A DNA stretch of 64,000 nucleotides from Clostridia bacterium (lineage in GTDB: Bacteria > Bacillota > Clostridia > Oscillospirales > Acutalibacteraceae), in contig JAUNLX010000006.1 of the NCBI GenBank assembly GCA_030532035.1, positions 6,191 to 70,190 of the forward strand. Direction: 5' to 3'. The translations under genes and the position numbers were made by a program. The notes below the pieces were generated by a model. The model saw only the letters and a list, made by a program, of their open reading frames with translations. It ran no database searches and was not told where the DNA came from. Shown one piece after another: positions 8,888 through 17,645 of this stretch (its first letter is position 1; each line of letters opens with the position of its first letter).

Positions 8888-8974
8888 TGGTGCGGATAAC
8901 AGGAGTTGAACCTGCACGAAGTTGCCTTCATTAGAACCTGAATCTAACGCGTCTGCCTATTCCGCCATATCCGC
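8888..8974 (-). tRNA. tRNA-Leu (anticodon CAG), long variable arm
   Basis: Acceptor GCGGATA/TATCCGC, anticodon arm TTAGA-TTCAGGT-TCTAA, long variable arm, T-loop GGTTCAACTCC, encoded CCA. Confidence 0.9.
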
Positions 8975-8975
8975 A

Positions 8976-9815
8976 TTATAATTTTTTTATTTGTTTGGAA
9001 CAATTTAGTTTATCATATAATCTTTTAAAATTTACTCTGATTAAATAATCACTTTTACAGTTGTTGCAGACGGCTTTATTTACAAAACCGTTTTGTTTGA
9101 TTTTCCACGGAGCCTTGTTCTGTAAATCACTTCCACACTCTATGCATTTTGACTTAAAGATATTTTTATCAATTAAAGGACTATTAAAATCAGTTACATA
9201 AAAAGGAACAAAGGTGAGCTTCTCATAAAATGAGTCATCTAAGGAAATTATAAAATCTTCAATTGATGCTTCATTATATAATTTACGAAAACATTCATAC
9301 GACAATAAAGCGTCGTTTCCTGCTCGATGCAGCTTGCTATTATCACAGTATATATTAAGCATATCAGCAGCATTTTGCAAGCTAATTTGATCTGAACTTG
9401 ATTTCATTTTAATCTGCATAAAAAATTTTTGCATATCTGCATAATATTTGATAAATGGGATTTTATAATTGCCCGTATAATAATTAAAATTATCTGCAAA
9501 AGTTCTTATATCTGTGTCGCTCCACGACATAAAAATTGTTTTATCAATGTCTCCTATAAAATTTTGAAACTTTTCAATAACATTTAAAAAAGAATTAGAA
9601 GTTTCTAAATCAGAATTTTTAATACCTGTAAGTTTAGTAGTTCTATTTTTGATTTTTTTATTTATTTGGGGTTTAACTGTTTCGGAAAATTTATCAATTA
9701 ATTCAAGGCGATCGTTCATTTTAATCGCCCCAATTTCAATGATTTCTCCAAAATATTTTTTCTTTTTCTTATCGAAAACTGTATTCCACTCTAAATCAAA
9801 AATTATATAATTCAT
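8976..9815 (-). CDS. DEDDh 3'-5' exonuclease (KapD/ERI-1-like) with C-terminal Cys4 zinc-ribbon
   Basis: Exo motifs FDLEW (exo I), SWSDTD (exo II) and HRAGNDA (exo III, h-type). The C-terminal 90 aa carry CIECGS...CNNCKS. The ATG overlaps the upstream stop (ATGA). Confidence 0.8.
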   Translation of the reverse strand: MNYIIFDLEWNTVFDKKKKKYFGEIIEIGAIKMNDRLELIDKFSETVKPQINKKIKNRTTKLTGIKNSDLETSNSFLNVIEKFQNFIGDIDKTIFMSWSDTDIRTFADNFNYYTGNYKIPFIKYYADMQKFFMQIKMKSSSDQISLQNAADMLNIYCDNSKLHRAGNDALLSYECFRKLYNEASIEDFIISLDDSFYEKLTFVPFYVTDFNSPLIDKNIFKSKCIECGSDLQNKAPWKIKQNGFVNKAVCNNCKSDYLIRVNFKRLYDKLNCSKQIKKL

Positions 9816-10186
9816 TTTTTCTCTGCTTTATTATGGTCTTCAAGATTTTCACCTAAAAAATCTTCCTGACTTTTTTCATTTACATATATCTTATCCCCTT
9901 TGTGAAATCTCAAAAGGAAATCTTCAAATTTATCACTTATATTTATGAAAGTATCTCTAAAAACAAAATGATCGGAAAAATAATCTTCATAAGCTTTCCC
10001 ATATTCTCCACTGAAAACATTTTCGACAGTAGCTTTCGGTTTTTCGGCAAGTTTTCTGTTTTCTTCTTTTGAAAAACTTTTACTTTTATATATAAAAGTA
10101 GAAATCATCAAAAAAATAGTTAAAATAGAAATAATGATTATGTTTAATTTTGCAATTTTTTTATAGAAATAATAATTAGAAAACAT
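9812..10186 (-). CDS. small membrane-anchored protein resembling only the N-terminal segment of AlgX/AlgJ/DHHW-type MBOAT partners
   Basis: 124 aa with one N-terminal TM helix, then EENRKLAEKPK...YEDYFSDHFVFRD. In my recollection this matches the start of the roughly 350-400 aa extracytoplasmic partner proteins. No SGNH-like catalytic portion follows. Confidence 0.55.
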   Translation of the reverse strand: MFSNYYFYKKIAKLNIIIISILTIFLMISTFIYKSKSFSKEENRKLAEKPKATVENVFSGEYGKAYEDYFSDHFVFRDTFINISDKFEDFLLRFHKGDKIYVNEKSQEDFLGENLEDHNKAEKK

Positions 10187-10207
10187 ATTTTCCTTTCATC
10201 TAAATTC

Positions 10208-11632
10208 TTAAAATCTAAAATACAAAAATGGATTGTAGGTTGTACCTACTAAACAAGCTGTTGATATAAACAAGAGTGCAAAAACAAAGACAAAATTCAA
10301 AACATCATTTGTCATTTTAAGAACTTTATTTTTCTTAAAAATATTTTTAGAATATTTTGCAATATTTGCAGGAATTCGAGTACAGGCAAAGACAGCTAAA
10401 ATAATCAAAAATATTCTACCGAGAATATACCCACTTGGATCTAAAAATACTGTGCTTTCTTTTTGATTGAACATAAGCCAAAGAGCTGTTTTGAGTTTGC
10501 TCATATCTTCAAAATAGAATAAGAGCCAACCCATTAAGACTACAAAAAGAGTATAAAATCTTCCGATTGTATGATTAATCATTCCAGGAACTTTTTTGAA
10601 TATATCTGAAAAAAAGAATTTTTCAAGGGAAATGAAAACAAAATAATAAAGTCCCCACAAAATAAAATTAGTCGCAGCTCCATGCCAAAGTCCCGTAAGT
10701 AGCCAAACTATAAAGAGATTAAAGACATGATGTTTTCTGTTTCCACCAAGTGGTATATATAAATATTCTCTGAAAAAAGTAGTCAAACTAATATGCCATT
10801 TTTTCCAAAATTCATTAATACTTGTGGCTTCGTATGGATAATTGAAGTTTTCAGGAAAATCAAATCCGAGAATTTTACCAAGTCCAATTGCCATATCAGA
10901 ATATGCAGAAAAATCAAAATATATCTGAAAAGCATAGGCAATCAGACCTATCCAAATGCCGGCACTACCACTGGCAAAAAGATCTCCGTCTAAAAACTCA
11001 GAAACTGTCTTGCCAAAGAAGTTCGCCAATACCGCTTTTTTGAAAAGCCCGATAGAAAAACGAATGAGCCCGTCTGAAAATTTAGCAAGGTTAATTTCTC
11101 TATTATCGAGAGCTTTTTCAACATCTACATATTTAACAATAGGACCTGCAATAAGTTGAGGGAACATACATACATATAAGAGAAGTTTCAAAAAAGACTT
11201 TTGTGGCTCTGCTTTTTTTCTATAAACATCTACTGTATATGTAATTGTCTGAAAAGTATAAAAAGAAATTCCAATCGGCAAAGTCAATCTGAGTGATGAA
11301 ATACTGGAATTAAAAATTGAATTAAATTCTCCGATAAAGAAATTGTAATATTTAAATACTGCCAATAATCCCAAAGAAATAAATATACAAAAAGCAAGGA
11401 TGATTTTAGCAAATGATTTCTTTTTAGTTCTTGCAATCAGAAGTCCGCCAATATAATGAACTAAGGTCCCGCCGACCATTAAAATAATCCACTTTGGTTC
11501 GCCCCATGCATAGAAGATAAGCGACATAATTAAAAGATGTATGTTTTTCAATTTAATATTTGGTAACAAATAATAAATGATCAAACATACAGGTAAAAAG
11601 ATATATAAAAAAATTAAACTTGAAAATACCAA
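10208..11632 (-). CDS. MBOAT family O-acyltransferase (AlgI/DltB/PatA-like)
   Basis: 474 aa polytopic protein. The WHISL...REYLYIPLGGNR...LLTGLWHG region includes the conserved MBOAT histidine. Confidence 0.88.
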   Translation of the reverse strand: MVFSSLIFLYIFLPVCLIIYYLLPNIKLKNIHLLIMSLIFYAWGEPKWIILMVGGTLVHYIGGLLIARTKKKSFAKIILAFCIFISLGLLAVFKYYNFFIGEFNSIFNSSISSLRLTLPIGISFYTFQTITYTVDVYRKKAEPQKSFLKLLLYVCMFPQLIAGPIVKYVDVEKALDNREINLAKFSDGLIRFSIGLFKKAVLANFFGKTVSEFLDGDLFASGSAGIWIGLIAYAFQIYFDFSAYSDMAIGLGKILGFDFPENFNYPYEATSINEFWKKWHISLTTFFREYLYIPLGGNRKHHVFNLFIVWLLTGLWHGAATNFILWGLYYFVFISLEKFFFSDIFKKVPGMINHTIGRFYTLFVVLMGWLLFYFEDMSKLKTALWLMFNQKESTVFLDPSGYILGRIFLIILAVFACTRIPANIAKYSKNIFKKNKVLKMTNDVLNFVFVFALLFISTACLVGTTYNPFLYFRF

Positions 11633-11633
11633 T

Positions 11634-12026
11634 TTATACCTCTATATTGCCTTTGATTTTTTGATAAATCTTTTCTCCGATTCCAGGGACTTCTTTTATT
11701 TCATCAATTGAATTGAAATCGCCATTTTCTTTACGATATTTTATAATAGCTTCAGCTTTTTTCTCGCCTATATATTTAATAGTTAAAAGCTCTTCTTTTC
11801 CAGCTTTATTTATATTTATTTTTTCACCGCTTAATATAGGTTCTTGACCGTTTACCGATGTTTTTGTGATTTCAGATTCAGCAACTGAAACGGTAGTCGT
11901 TTGTTCTTTCATTTCAATTTTTACTCTGTCATATACTGCTGGAGAAGAAAAAATATTAAATAAAACCACTGCCGCCGATGATAATAGACAAATAATTAGA
12001 AGAAAAATCTCCTGCTTTTTTACCAT
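11634..12026 (-). CDS. comEA: ComEA family helix-hairpin-helix DNA-binding protein
   Basis: 130 aa with N-terminal TM anchor. The C-terminal INKAGKEEL...IGEKKAEAII.YR..NG.F.SIDEIKEVPGIGEKIYQKIK region is a tandem HhH signature. Confidence 0.85.
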   Translation of the reverse strand: MVKKQEIFLLIICLLSSAAVVLFNIFSSPAVYDRVKIEMKEQTTTVSVAESEITKTSVNGQEPILSGEKININKAGKEELLTIKYIGEKKAEAIIKYRKENGDFNSIDEIKEVPGIGEKIYQKIKGNIEV

Positions 12027-12102
12027 AACATCATCTTACTTTCAAAGTCTGAATCATTATATCATAATCAACAATTGTACGCACGAGATATTTAGATAAT
12101 AG

Positions 12103-12133
12103 AAATAAAAAACGGAACGACCTGCGTTCCGTT
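12103..12133 (-). terminator. terminator after ispH-S1
   Basis: AACGGAACG-(5 nt)-CGTTCCGTT followed on the minus strand by TTTTTATTT. Confidence 0.7.
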
Positions 12134-12147
12134 TTAATTTATAAAAA

Positions 12148-14229
12148 TTATTCTTCTGAAGTCTCTTCGTTTTCCGCCTTAACTTCAACTTCTTCTGATA
12201 CAGTTTCAGTTTTTTCTTCTACTGCTTTTTCTTCAGCTTCTGTTTCTTTGGCATCTACAGTTTTATCTTCTGTGTCCTCTGATTTTTCATCAGCTGCATT
12301 TTCATCTATAAGGGCACGAATTGAAAGACTTACTCTCTTTTCATCATATTCAATATCAGTTATCTTTACAGTAACTTCATCTCCAACGCTCAACACATCA
12401 GCTGGTTTTTCAATATAATGATCTGCAATCTGAGAAATATGAATGAGTCCGTCAATGCCAGGGATAACTTCAGCAAAAGCACCGAAAGTCGTAAGTCCTA
12501 CAATATGAGTAGTTATTTCATCTCCAACAGAATATTTTTTCTTTAAGATTTCCCAAGGATTGTCTTCATCTTTTTTATAACCCAAAGAAATTCTGTTATT
12601 TTCAAGAGAACGAATATAAACTTCTATTTCATCATCTACACTGACAATATCTGACGGATGTTTGATTCTCTTCCATGAAAGTTCAGAAATTGGAATCATT
12701 CCGTCAACTCCAGGCTCGAGTTCTACAAAAGCAGCATAGTTTGTGAGATTTTTAACTCTACCTGTATATTTGTCTCCAACTTGTGCTGTTTCCCAGAATT
12801 TTTCTGTAGCTTCTTTTCTGATTTCTTTTTTGTTTTCTTTTATAGAACCAACGATTTGTCTACGGTTTTTGTTGATTTCTAAAATTTTAAATTCAACTTT
12901 TTTAGAAACTAAAACATCTAAAGATTCACTTCTTGGAACTCCAGAATGTGAAGCAGGGATAAATACTCTTACACCGTTGTTAGTAACAGCAAGCAATCCG
13001 CCTTTAATAATTTTCTTAACTGTACCCTCAACTGTTGCATTTTCTTCTTTGGCTTTTTCAAGCTCATCCCAAGCTTTTAAACTATCAAAACGACGCTTTG
13101 AAAGCATAACTGTGCCTTCAATGTCATTTGTTTTCATAATAATTAAATCAAGTTTATCTCCGACTTTTAATTCTTTTGTAAAATCGGCATCAGGATCGTA
13201 GCTATATTCTTCTGCAGGAATATATCCTGTGTGCTTTCTACCTATGTCCACTTGAATTTCATTGGGAGCAAGGGCAACTACAATTCCAACAACTTTTTGA
13301 TCGTTGTCCATTTTTTCAAGGGATTTTTCAAGTGCTTCCTCAAAGCTCATCCCATCAATTTCGTTTTCATGTGTCTTTGTTTCACCAGACATTGTCTCAA
13401 GAACCTCCTTAATTATTACCTGCGGAGTTGACGCTCCTGCGGTAATTCCGACACTTTTGCTTTTACTAAAATCTATCTTTAAAAGCTCGTCGGCTTTAGT
13501 AACCAAATAGGTTTCACAGTTTTTGTGACAAATATCATATAGTTCTTTCGTATTTGAACTGGTAGGACTGCCTACCACAATCATAATATCACAAGTTTTA
13601 GAGAGCTCTATAGCCTCTTTTTGTCTTACCTCGGTCGCTTTGCATATTGTATCAAAAATTGAGACTTTTGTATATACTGAATTTATTTTTTTTACACATT
13701 TGTCAAATTCATCTTTATTAAAAGTCGTTTGTGAAACAACAGAGATTGATTTTCCGGTCAAATCTTGCCCATTTTTTATAAAATCATCTATTTCTTCTAT
13801 ATTTTTAAAAACATATATATCTGATTTTACTCTACTAACAACGCCTTTAATTTCAGGGTGTTTTTTATTGCCGAGCACAAAGACAATATCGCCTAAGTCG
13901 GCTCTTTTTTTCACAAGTTCTTGAAGCTTTGATACAAAAGGACAGGTTAAATCTATTATTTTACAATTTTTGCCTTTAAGCTTTTCAAATTCGTCTGTGC
14001 TTATACCATGCGCCCTTATTATGACTACGCTATCAGTGGGAGCCTCATCTGCACAATCGATAACTATTAGTCCCTTTTCCCGCATACTATTTACAACAAA
14101 GTCATTATGAATAATGTCTCCCAAAGAGTAAACGGGTTTATCGCAATCAGTCAGAGCTTTTTCGGTACTGCTGACAGCTCGTTCCACGCCAAAACAAAAG
14201 CCCGCAGTTTTAGCAAGTTTTATATTCAT
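12148..14229 (-). CDS. ispH: bifunctional 4-hydroxy-3-methylbut-2-enyl diphosphate reductase (IspH) / ribosomal protein S1-domain fusion
   Basis: N-terminal about 280 aa is IspH (AKTAGFCFGVERAV, CPFV, SSNT). It is followed by four S1 OB-fold repeats and an acidic tail. I prefer the ATG at 14229 (MNIKLAK), which forms an ATGA overlap with the plsC stop. Confidence 0.88.
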   Translation of the reverse strand: MNIKLAKTAGFCFGVERAVSSTEKALTDCDKPVYSLGDIIHNDFVVNSMREKGLIVIDCADEAPTDSVVIIRAHGISTDEFEKLKGKNCKIIDLTCPFVSKLQELVKKRADLGDIVFVLGNKKHPEIKGVVSRVKSDIYVFKNIEEIDDFIKNGQDLTGKSISVVSQTTFNKDEFDKCVKKINSVYTKVSIFDTICKATEVRQKEAIELSKTCDIMIVVGSPTSSNTKELYDICHKNCETYLVTKADELLKIDFSKSKSVGITAGASTPQVIIKEVLETMSGETKTHENEIDGMSFEEALEKSLEKMDNDQKVVGIVVALAPNEIQVDIGRKHTGYIPAEEYSYDPDADFTKELKVGDKLDLIIMKTNDIEGTVMLSKRRFDSLKAWDELEKAKEENATVEGTVKKIIKGGLLAVTNNGVRVFIPASHSGVPRSESLDVLVSKKVEFKILEINKNRRQIVGSIKENKKEIRKEATEKFWETAQVGDKYTGRVKNLTNYAAFVELEPGVDGMIPISELSWKRIKHPSDIVSVDDEIEVYIRSLENNRISLGYKKDEDNPWEILKKKYSVGDEITTHIVGLTTFGAFAEVIPGIDGLIHISQIADHYIEKPADVLSVGDEVTVKITDIEYDEKRVSLSIRALIDENAADEKSEDTEDKTVDAKETEAEEKAVEEKTETVSEEVEVKAENEETSEE

Positions 14230-14885
14230 GAATTTTTCCACAAGTCTACAACTTCTTTTTCTATTCTATCAACAACATTGTGCATCATCTTAGATTTACT
14301 AGCTTTTTGCATTTGAAAATCTTCAAAGGGAATCAGCTTACCAATTGAAACATATGGCGTAGGACGCTTAGAGCCCTCATTGCGATATTTTATTGAAACT
14401 GGCAAAACATCTGCCTTTGCAGTTTTTATAATTATTGCTGCTCCAGATTTGAAATTTTCAGGAGGATTATTATTTTTTTGACGAGTTCCTTGAGCAAATA
14501 TGAGAACAGGATGTCCGTTTTTTATCAATCTTTTAGAATAATTGATAGCTCCAAAATCTAAACTGGTTCTGTCAATTGGGAAACCATTAAAAATAAGTAA
14601 GGGTATGCGAGTATAGAAAGTATCAAAAAATTCTGCTTTAGCAATAAAATGAAGTTGAGTTGGATGAAAAGCGCTCGCAAGAACTATGGGGTCCCAACCA
14701 GAAAAATGGTTACAGGTAATTAAATAACCGCCAGATTTTGGTATATTTTCTCTGCCCTTAACTTTTATATCTTTATATTTTAAATTTTTTAAAAGATTCC
14801 ATAAACGAAGCCCAACCATATCATAGTATTTATTTCTTTCTGGAATTTCTTTTTTATAATCAAATTCATATTTAAATTCTGCCAT
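14226..14885 (-). CDS. plsC: 1-acyl-sn-glycerol-3-phosphate acyltransferase
   Basis: 219 aa with NHFSGWDP (HX4D-type acyltransferase motif) and FAQGTR. Confidence 0.85.
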   Translation of the reverse strand: MAEFKYEFDYKKEIPERNKYYDMVGLRLWNLLKNLKYKDIKVKGRENIPKSGGYLITCNHFSGWDPIVLASAFHPTQLHFIAKAEFFDTFYTRIPLLIFNGFPIDRTSLDFGAINYSKRLIKNGHPVLIFAQGTRQKNNNPPENFKSGAAIIIKTAKADVLPVSIKYRNEGSKRPTPYVSIGKLIPFEDFQMQKASKSKMMHNVVDRIEKEVVDLWKNS

Positions 14886-15549
14886 TTTTCAGCCTCTCAT
14901 CTATCAAATTTTTACATTTTTGTTTTATTTGTTCAAAAGAAAATTCAGAAGAATCAACTTTTATTGCGTCCTCAGCCTGCTTGAGTGGTGCTATTTCTCT
15001 ATGGCTGTCATTATAATCTCTCTTTTTTATATCTTCTAAAATTTTTTCATAATTTTCAAATATGCCCATTTCTTCTTGTTGCAAAAGTCTTCTCTTAGCT
15101 CGAACTTCTGGACTGGCAGTTAGAAAAATTTTAACATCGGAATCTGGCAAAACTACGGTGCCAATATCTCTGCCGTCCATAACGCAATCATTTTCTTTGG
15201 CAAGTTTTCTCTGAACATCTAAAAGAAAATCTCTAACTATTTTAAGTTTAGATATATCGGACGCCATTTTGGTAATATTCGGCTCTCTTATCTTAGTTCC
15301 AACATCTTTGCCATTTAAATAGATTTTTTGTAAATCCTCTTCTATTGCAACTTTAATATCAATATTTTCAAGGGCTTTAGCAACACTTTTTTCATCATTC
15401 ATATTGATATTATTTTCAAAAACATACAGTGCAACTGTACGATACAGCGCACCTGTATCTATATGAACAAATCCAAAATGTTTTGCTATAGCCTTTGATA
15501 TCGTACTCTTCCCTGCTCCTGAGGGTCCGTCTATCGCTATATTTATCAT
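14872..15549 (-). CDS. cmk: (d)CMP kinase
   Basis: 225 aa with IAIDGPSGAGKST P-loop, DTGALYR and MDGRDIGT. Confidence 0.92.
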   Translation of the reverse strand: MINIAIDGPSGAGKSTISKAIAKHFGFVHIDTGALYRTVALYVFENNINMNDEKSVAKALENIDIKVAIEEDLQKIYLNGKDVGTKIREPNITKMASDISKLKIVRDFLLDVQRKLAKENDCVMDGRDIGTVVLPDSDVKIFLTASPEVRAKRRLLQQEEMGIFENYEKILEDIKKRDYNDSHREIAPLKQAEDAIKVDSSEFSFEQIKQKCKNLIDERLKNGRI

Positions 15550-15556
15550 ATTTCAC

Positions 15557-16783
15557 CTATCCTAACTGTGACGCAACATAAGCAGTCGAAAAAGCAATCT
15601 GCAAATTAAAACCGCCTGTGTATCCGTCAACATCTAAAATTTCACCTGCAAAATAAAGACCATTTACAAGTTTTGATTGCATCGTTTTAGGGTCAATTTC
15701 CCTACAGTCCACTCCTCCAGAAGTTATAATTGCATTCTCAATGGACTCAAAATCAACAATTTTAATTTCAAAATCTTTGATGAGATTTATTATACTTCGT
15801 CTTTGTGATTTTGTGATTTGATTTACTTTAGTATCCTTGGCAATTTTCGTTCTATTTACCAATAATTTAGCAAACTCTTTTGGGAAAAGTAAGTCTAAGG
15901 CATTTATAAAATCTTTTCTTTCAAATTTTGTGAAATCTCTTATAAGTCTATTGTCAAGTTTTTCAAAATCGAGAGCAGGTTTTAAATCTAAATGTAGAGA
16001 GACATTGCTAAAATCACCGCTCAAATGAGAAGAAGCGCTCAATATTATAGGACCAGAAATGCCAACATGAGTAAATAAAACTTCGCCAAAATCTTTGTAT
16101 ACAGATTTCTCTTTTTCAAATAAATTTATTGAGACATTTTTTATAGTGAGTCCAGAAAGTTTTTTTATATCGGTATCTTTTGATTTAAGCCCAATAAGCG
16201 ATGGTTTGAGCTTTGTAATTTTATGTCCTACATCTTTCGCAATTTTATATCCATCTCCAGTTGAACCAGTTTTAGGATAAGACAAGCCGCCCGTAGCTAT
16301 AATCACTTTTTCGGTTTCAATTAATTCCCCTCTACATTTAAGAGCATTTATTTTACCGTCTTTGACAATTAATTTTTCAGCTTTGTCGTGAATAATTGTT
16401 ATTTTTAATCTTTTAACTTCCGAAATTAAAGCATTTACAACTGTTAAGGCAGAGTCAGATGTTGGAAAAATCCTATTTCCCCTCTCCTCTTTTAGTTCAA
16501 CTCCTAAATTCTCAAAAAAATGCACCGTATCTTTGTTTGAAAAAGACGAGAGCGCAGAATACATAAAATATTTATTTGTAGCTATGTTTTCTATTATTTC
16601 ATCAATGGAATTTACAGAACTTGTAAGATTACATCTTCCTTTTCCAGTAATTTTTAATTTTTGCAAGAGCTTTTCATTTTTTTCTATTAATGCAACTTTA
16701 TTTCCGAGTTTGGCACTATTTATAGCCGCAAAAACTCCAGCTGCGCCACCACCAACAATAGCAACATCAAAGGTCTTCTTCAT
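15557..16783 (-). CDS. HI0933/BaiN-like FAD-dependent oxidoreductase
   Basis: 408 aa with FDVAIVGGGAAG dinucleotide fold, KITGKGRCNLT, and C-terminal GLYFAGEILDVDGYTGGFNLQ typical of the HI0933 family. Confidence 0.85.
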   Translation of the reverse strand: MKKTFDVAIVGGGAAGVFAAINSAKLGNKVALIEKNEKLLQKLKITGKGRCNLTSSVNSIDEIIENIATNKYFMYSALSSFSNKDTVHFFENLGVELKEERGNRIFPTSDSALTVVNALISEVKRLKITIIHDKAEKLIVKDGKINALKCRGELIETEKVIIATGGLSYPKTGSTGDGYKIAKDVGHKITKLKPSLIGLKSKDTDIKKLSGLTIKNVSINLFEKEKSVYKDFGEVLFTHVGISGPIILSASSHLSGDFSNVSLHLDLKPALDFEKLDNRLIRDFTKFERKDFINALDLLFPKEFAKLLVNRTKIAKDTKVNQITKSQRRSIINLIKDFEIKIVDFESIENAIITSGGVDCREIDPKTMQSKLVNGLYFAGEILDVDGYTGGFNLQIAFSTAYVASQLG

Positions 16784-17645
16784 AAATATGATATTTTCCC
16801 CATACTTCTTCTAAAGTTTCAAAAGTATCCAGCAATTTGCTCTGTTTATCTTTTGTAGCCTCAACGATCAGAGCATTTATAACACTCATAGGCGCAACAA
16901 GTGAATCAACAAAAGACGCCATATTGCTCTTTGCTGTGAGAGTTATTTGAGCATATGAAGCAATTGGAGAATTTTCGCTATCTGTTATTGCAATGATATT
17001 CGCTGATTTTGAACTTATATAATCCAGAGCTTTGATTGTCTGTTTAGAGTATCTCGGAAATGAGATTGCAACGCAGACATCATTAGGCGTTATTTTGAAA
17101 CTCTGCTCAAAAATTTCAGAATCAGAATTGGAGTCAATTAAAATTACATCGTCATATGCATATGACAAGTAAAAACTCATAAAACCAGCGAGGCAGGCAG
17201 AAGATCTAACGCCAAGAATGTATATTTTGTTTGCATTATTTATTAATTTTGCAGCTTTTTTTAAGGTATCATACGAAAGAGATTTAGCAGTCTGACGAAT
17301 CATATTAATGTCATTTTCTAAAACAGAAGTCAAAATATCAGAGTCGCTACTGAATCTATCTGTAGCGAGCTTTACTCTTTGAATAGCAGTTAATTTATTT
17401 TTTATGTTTTCCTGTAATTTTTTTTGGAATTCTGGATAACCGTCAAAACCAAGAGAAGTTGCAAATCTAACGACGGTGGACTCACTTATATCAGTTGCTT
17501 CACCCAAAGAGCCCGCCGTCATATATGCAGCTTTATCATAATTTTTCAAAATATAATCTGCTATTTTTTTATGACTTTTCGAAAGACTGTCATATTCACT
17601 TGCAATTTTACTAAGCAAAGTTTTTCTCATTTTCGTCTCCGCCAT
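16767..17645 (-). CDS. MurR/RpiR family transcriptional regulator (HTH + SIS domain)
   Basis: 292 aa with N-terminal HTH_6-like region (SKSHKKIADYIL...AYMTAGSLGEATDISESTVVRFA) and C-terminal SIS-like region (IYILGVRSS). Confidence 0.85.
   Translation of the reverse strand: MAETKMRKTLLSKIASEYDSLSKSHKKIADYILKNYDKAAYMTAGSLGEATDISESTVVRFATSLGFDGYPEFQKKLQENIKNKLTAIQRVKLATDRFSSDSDILTSVLENDINMIRQTAKSLSYDTLKKAAKLINNANKIYILGVRSSACLAGFMSFYLSYAYDDVILIDSNSDSEIFEQSFKITPNDVCVAISFPRYSKQTIKALDYISSKSANIIAITDSENSPIASYAQITLTAKSNMASFVDSLVAPMSVINALIVEATKDKQSKLLDTFETLEEVWGKYHIYEEDL

Noticed and set aside
12743-13201. Track ORF (152 aa, + strand), and similar antisense ORFs at 44588-45076, 47747-48169, 62704-63081, 39321-39710, 18489-18851 and 4405-4716
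   Set aside because: All are embedded antisense within long, well-supported genes. They have low-complexity Ser/Leu/Phe/Ile-rich translations typical of the reverse frame of AT-rich coding DNA, and no RBS.
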